The notes under the pieces: model-generated
The model's input: the letters and a program-made list of their open reading frames with translations, nothing else
The model's database searches: none
What the model was told of the DNA's origin: nothing
Translations under genes and position numbers: made by a program
Part shown: positions 60,398 through 64,000 of the stretch, one piece after another
Numbering within the stretch: position 1 is the first letter of the stretch
How the letters are laid out: each line of letters starts with the position of its first letter
Assembly (NCBI GenBank): GCA_043821365.1
Contig: JBDRCX010000006.1
Coordinates: forward strand, 160,001-224,000
Source of the DNA: Candidatus Micrarchaeota archaeon
GTDB taxonomy: Archaea > Micrarchaeota > Micrarchaeia > Anstonellales > Bilamarchaeaceae
Direction of reading: 5' to 3'
Length of the DNA stretch: 64,000 nucleotides

Positions 60398-60457
60398 GCA
60401 ACGATGAAATTACCGTCCCAGGCTGATCTGTGATGAGAAGAGTAGCTTTTGAGTTGC
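60398..60457 (+). ncRNA. Box C/D methylation guide sRNA
   Basis: ACGAUGA-guide-CUGA-UCU-GUGAUGA-GAAGAGUAGCUU-UUGA, flanked by GCAAC/GUUGC; same D'-UCU-C' spacer as the sRNA at 20454. Confidence 0.7.
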
Positions 60458-60543
60458 TTTTTATTGGTTTGTGGAACCTGCGGTTTCACACTTCCCTTAG
60501 CCTTTTATTTCTTCTCGCACTAACTATTATGGGAGGTATTAGT

Positions 60544-61287
60544 ATGAAACTAGTTGTGCAAGATGCTCCAGCATTAAAATCTGCAATTGATTCGATAGTT
60601 TGTTTAGTTGAAGAAGGGCAGTTTGAGATAAAAAACGATGGCCTTTACCTTAAGGCAATGGACCCTTCACAGATCTCGATGGTATCTTTTACCATGCCAA
60701 AAACAGCATTCATAGAATATCATCTTCCAGAAGAGAGAAAATTAGGTTTGGATATTGGACAATTAGCAAACATATTAGCAAGAGGCAAAAGAGGGGAAAA
60801 AGCAGAACTTTCTGTCGAAGAAGGACGGCTCATCATAAAATTTTTTGGTGAGAAACACAAACGAACTTTCAAAATTCCACTTATCGAAACTGGAGATAGA
60901 ATACAGAAAGAACCAAAAATTGAATTCCAAAATTTTGCAAAAGTAAAATCAGATGCAATAAAAGAAACATTAAAGGATGCAAAATTGATCAGTTCGCATG
61001 TAAGACTTCAGCTCACTCCAGAACAATTTATTGTTGATGTTAGAGGAGAAAATGGAGATGTAAGAGCTGAATTTGATAAAGGAAGTGTGGAAGTATCTGA
61101 ACTCAATGTTGCAACTGCTTCAAGAGCAACTTTTCCTCTTCAGTATTTAGAGGACATGGTAAAGGCAACCAATGCTAGTTCTATTGTGACTGTGAATTTG
61201 GAAACAGACAGGCCGCTTAAACTAGAATATGACATAGAAGGGGCAAAAGTAGTGTATTATTTGGCACCGAGAATAGAAACTGATTGA
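60544..61287 (+). CDS. pcn: Proliferating cell nuclear antigen
   Basis: AMDPSQISMV and YYLAPRIE; GGAGGT ribosome-binding site before ATG 60544. Confidence 0.95.
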   Translation: MKLVVQDAPALKSAIDSIVCLVEEGQFEIKNDGLYLKAMDPSQISMVSFTMPKTAFIEYHLPEERKLGLDIGQLANILARGKRGEKAELSVEEGRLIIKFFGEKHKRTFKIPLIETGDRIQKEPKIEFQNFAKVKSDAIKETLKDAKLISSHVRLQLTPEQFIVDVRGENGDVRAEFDKGSVEVSELNVATASRATFPLQYLEDMVKATNASSIVTVNLETDRPLKLEYDIEGAKVVYYLAPRIETD

Positions 61288-61404
61288 TCTGTGTTTAAGT
61301 ACATATACGAGAAGGAAAAGAGAGAAAAAGTTAGTGTAACACAGATTTAAAAATATATGGTGGCATTAAATATATATTCGTAGTAGCGAAGCGAGTAGGT
61401 CAGT

Positions 61405-62280
61405 ATGAAAAAGGTTGAATACACGTTTGTGCATAATGCGGAAGACAGATTACAGGCATTAGGTACTGGCAAGTATGACGACTACGAACTCCCAGAGTTT
61501 ACAAAAGAGGTTCCAGTTTCATCTAGAAAACAAGAAAATAGTGACAGTGTCACACTAGATTACTCCTGGAAACCAAGTAAAAGTGAGAGCATAAGAATCA
61601 AGAAAATAAGATTCAGAAAAGGAGAAGAGTTTTCTGACCTTTACAGAATAGCAGCAAGAGATGGAGCAGATAGCATAACATTCAAACACAACAATGTAAC
61701 TTACGTCATGAGAAAAACAGTGAGAGAAATAGCAGAGGCTCTGTTTAATGCATATGGAAAAATAAAGGGTGCATTAGAGCAAATAATTGGCTACCTTAGA
61801 ACAGCAATAGGAAATGATTATGTGATTGCCAAAGTTGACGGTGAGTCCTGGTCATTTGATAAAAGAATAGCAAAAAATGGAATACAATATGCAGACGTAG
61901 ATTCACTGGATGGACAAAATAAAAGTAAATTAGTTGATATGATAACAGAAAAGATATCAGAACTTCATTTTAGTAATTTAATAATAGGTAGATTCACACT
62001 GAATAATGTGCTTCTTGAAGAGAAAGACATAATATTCACAGATCTAAGAAAACTTCGTGTATCAAGAAAACGACCATTTGTTATAGAAGAATTCAAAGCA
62101 ATTCTACAATATTTGTTTGCAATAGGGATTGCACGAAGAGAGGACATATACGCATCAATAGCACATTACGCAGCAAAAAATGAAGATAGCTGTAATGAGT
62201 GGTACTGTGAAAAAACAGGTAAAAAGGCACGCGAAACTCTAGACGTAGTAAGCAAAATAGAAAGTGAAGTTTATAGTTAA
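61405..62280 (+). CDS. Hypothetical protein with a possible degenerate kinase-like fold
   Basis: LHFSNLIIGRFTLNNVLL...IIFTDL. Confidence 0.65.
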   Translation: MKKVEYTFVHNAEDRLQALGTGKYDDYELPEFTKEVPVSSRKQENSDSVTLDYSWKPSKSESIRIKKIRFRKGEEFSDLYRIAARDGADSITFKHNNVTYVMRKTVREIAEALFNAYGKIKGALEQIIGYLRTAIGNDYVIAKVDGESWSFDKRIAKNGIQYADVDSLDGQNKSKLVDMITEKISELHFSNLIIGRFTLNNVLLEEKDIIFTDLRKLRVSRKRPFVIEEFKAILQYLFAIGIARREDIYASIAHYAAKNEDSCNEWYCEKTGKKARETLDVVSKIESEVYS

Positions 62281-64000
62281 TTACATATTCTCTATTTTTG
62301 TAACTCCATCATTAGTTTTATCTCGGTCTAATCTATAGCTAGAAGCAAATTCAGAACCCATAAGTGCCTCATCGTGAGTAATTACAAATGTTTGATTTAC
62401 TACTTCTGGAACTTTATACTGTAGAGCAGATGAAAGAAGAGCAACTGCTTCAGTATCAAGATTATGAGTTGGTTCGTCAAGAATAAGCCAGCTTAAATTT
62501 GGAGTCAGGACCATGGCAAATGCAACCCTTAGTGCAAGCGCTGCGCATGCTCTTTCCCCCCCACTTGCCATTGTTTCAAGAGCTTTCCAATCATGCCCAT
62601 CATGAACCTCAAAAATATAATCTTTTTCACTAACCCCAAGCCTAAGGGCATGGTAATTTTTATATGGATAAAAAATCAGCCAGATTTCATTCATTGCATT
62701 GTTGATTGCCTCGATAAGATTTAGCCTTAATGACGTTTGAGTTTCTAGAAGAGCGTTCTTATAAACCAAAAGCTCCTCCCCCAATTTACTTAAAAATAAA
62801 AGCTCTTCTTCAATTAATTTGAACTTTGAAAGATTTTCCTGGATTATCTTTAATGTGTCTTTAGATGTACGCAATTCTGCTTCTAATGATTTTTTTAATG
62901 CAAGAAGACGTTCCACAATCAAACGTTCTTCTTCAGTCTGACTTCGTAGAGAATCAAATTCAGACAAATCGAATTTAGTTGAAGATAATTTTTCTTTTAC
63001 AACACTAAGTTGGTTATTTATTTGATCCCATTCTTTTTGTTTTTCCAAGAGCTTTTGCATATCTTTCAGTTGCTGACGCAATAAATCAAGATCAGCACTT
63101 ACTTTATCAATATTGATTTGGATTTGTTTCTTTTGTTCTGTTAATACAATTAAATCTGATTCATAAGTTTGTTTTTTATCGTTTAGTTTATCCATTGGTT
63201 CTATTTTCAACATCGAAAGTTTTTCAGATATAGAGATTATTTTTTGCATGCGACTATCAAGAAGTTTGCTTGTGTTGGTAAGGTCAGTTATAGATTTGGA
63301 CAGTTCTTTCAGTTTGGAATTTTTAAGTTCAAGTGTTTTTTCTTTCTCTATTTTTATGTGTGAAATAGAATGACCATCAAGATCAGAAAGACAGAGAGGA
63401 CATTTTGAAATTCCTTCTTTCAATTTTGGAACCAGTTCATTAATCTCGCTTATTTCCCTTTCTACTGATTTCCTATCTGAAGAAAGACCTAGAAGATTTT
63501 GTTTGGTTTCATCAAGTAGTTTTGTTAGAGATGCTATTGTTTCAGCTTTAAGTTCCTTCTTCAACTCTTCATTTAGAGTTGTGATATTCTTCTCAGTCTG
63601 TGAAATGTTTTTCAGAGTATTTTCAATGGACCCCAATTCTTTAGAAATGCTGTTTTGTTTTTGTTCTATTGTTTTTAGTTCATCAAGAAGTTTGTTCTTT
63701 TTAATGGTTGAATCAGTTGATTTTTTTTCTAATTCCTGGATTAAGATTGGTTCTGGTTTTTTATCACCAAGTTCTTTTTTTAACAAATCAACCTGAGTAG
63801 AAAAACGTAGAAGATCGCGGTCCAATTTTTCAAAAAGCTCTTTTTCTTTCTTTAAGTTTTCGAATTTTTTTACATTAGCTTCGAGACCAATAGATTTCTG
63901 TTCGATTTGCAGAGTTGTATCATTTAATTTTGATTCTGTAGTTGATATGGTTGTTGTGTATTGTTTTTCTTCGTTTTCCATTTTTTGCATTTCTGTTTTT
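62281..64000 (-). CDS. rad50: Rad50 DNA repair ATPase, C-terminal part; the gene runs off the window
   Basis: Zn-hook CPLC, coiled coil, signature MASGGE, Walker B LDEPT. Confidence 0.9.
   Translation of the reverse strand, partial: KTEMQKMENEEKQYTTTISTTESKLNDTTLQIEQKSIGLEANVKKFENLKKEKELFEKLDRDLLRFSTQVDLLKKELGDKKPEPILIQELEKKSTDSTIKKNKLLDELKTIEQKQNSISKELGSIENTLKNISQTEKNITTLNEELKKELKAETIASLTKLLDETKQNLLGLSSDRKSVEREISEINELVPKLKEGISKCPLCLSDLDGHSISHIKIEKEKTLELKNSKLKELSKSITDLTNTSKLLDSRMQKIISISEKLSMLKIEPMDKLNDKKQTYESDLIVLTEQKKQIQINIDKVSADLDLLRQQLKDMQKLLEKQKEWDQINNQLSVVKEKLSSTKFDLSEFDSLRSQTEEERLIVERLLALKKSLEAELRTSKDTLKIIQENLSKFKLIEEELLFLSKLGEELLVYKNALLETQTSLRLNLIEAINNAMNEIWLIFYPYKNYHALRLGVSEKDYIFEVHDGHDWKALETMASGGERACAALALRVAFAMVLTPNLSWLILDEPTHNLDTEAVALLSSALQYKVPEVVNQTFVITHDEALMGSEFASSYRLDRDKTNDGVTKIENM

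Noticed and set aside
60430-60543. N-terminal extension of PCNA in the ORF track
   Set aside because: PCNA homology and the ribosome-binding site begin at 60544; the extension overlaps the C/D sRNA.
61288-61345. TCTGTGTT/AACACAGA inverted repeat after pcn
   Set aside because: Short arms, long spacer and a single occurrence.
324-63796. The many 60-190 aa antisense or off-frame ORFs nested in identified genes
   Set aside because: They overlap confident genes and have no motifs or protein-like composition.
1-64000. CRISPR array, IS or prophage genes, inteins in GyrA, RadA or aIF5B, and recoded stops
   Set aside because: No regularly spaced repeats or mobility genes were seen; protein lengths are normal and no split reading frames need readthrough.

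Overview
AT-rich, gene-dense archaeal chromosome segment. GatDE, AglB, RadA, PCNA, aIF5B, PurP and RbkR make it archaeal. Two ftsZ genes, a VirB2/TrbC-like pilin and a multi-intron tRNA suggest a DPANN, Micrarchaeota-like organism (inference). Most of the window is housekeeping, with bacterial-type imports (gyrA, class I GAPDH, ribA, ribD) and several orphan or secreted proteins. No CRISPR array, transposase, integrase or intein was seen. The best signals lie outside the ORF track. (1) A tRNA-Val(GAC) split into three exons, with a 140-nt D-arm intron that contains two opposed copies of a dispersed hairpin repeat. (2) That repeat family itself, which shows compensatory stem changes. (3) Two box C/D guide RNAs, each with one guide that fits the 23S peptidyl-transferase region. 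(4) An in-frame riboflavin synthase-lumazine synthase (RibC-RibH) fusion in a chimeric rib operon, with three TACC-N8-NGTAG operator-like sites. (5) A structured leader before purQ. (6) A 118-nt tract at 93% identity between otherwise diverged ftsZ paralogs. All family assignments come from motif recognition by eye; no searches were run.
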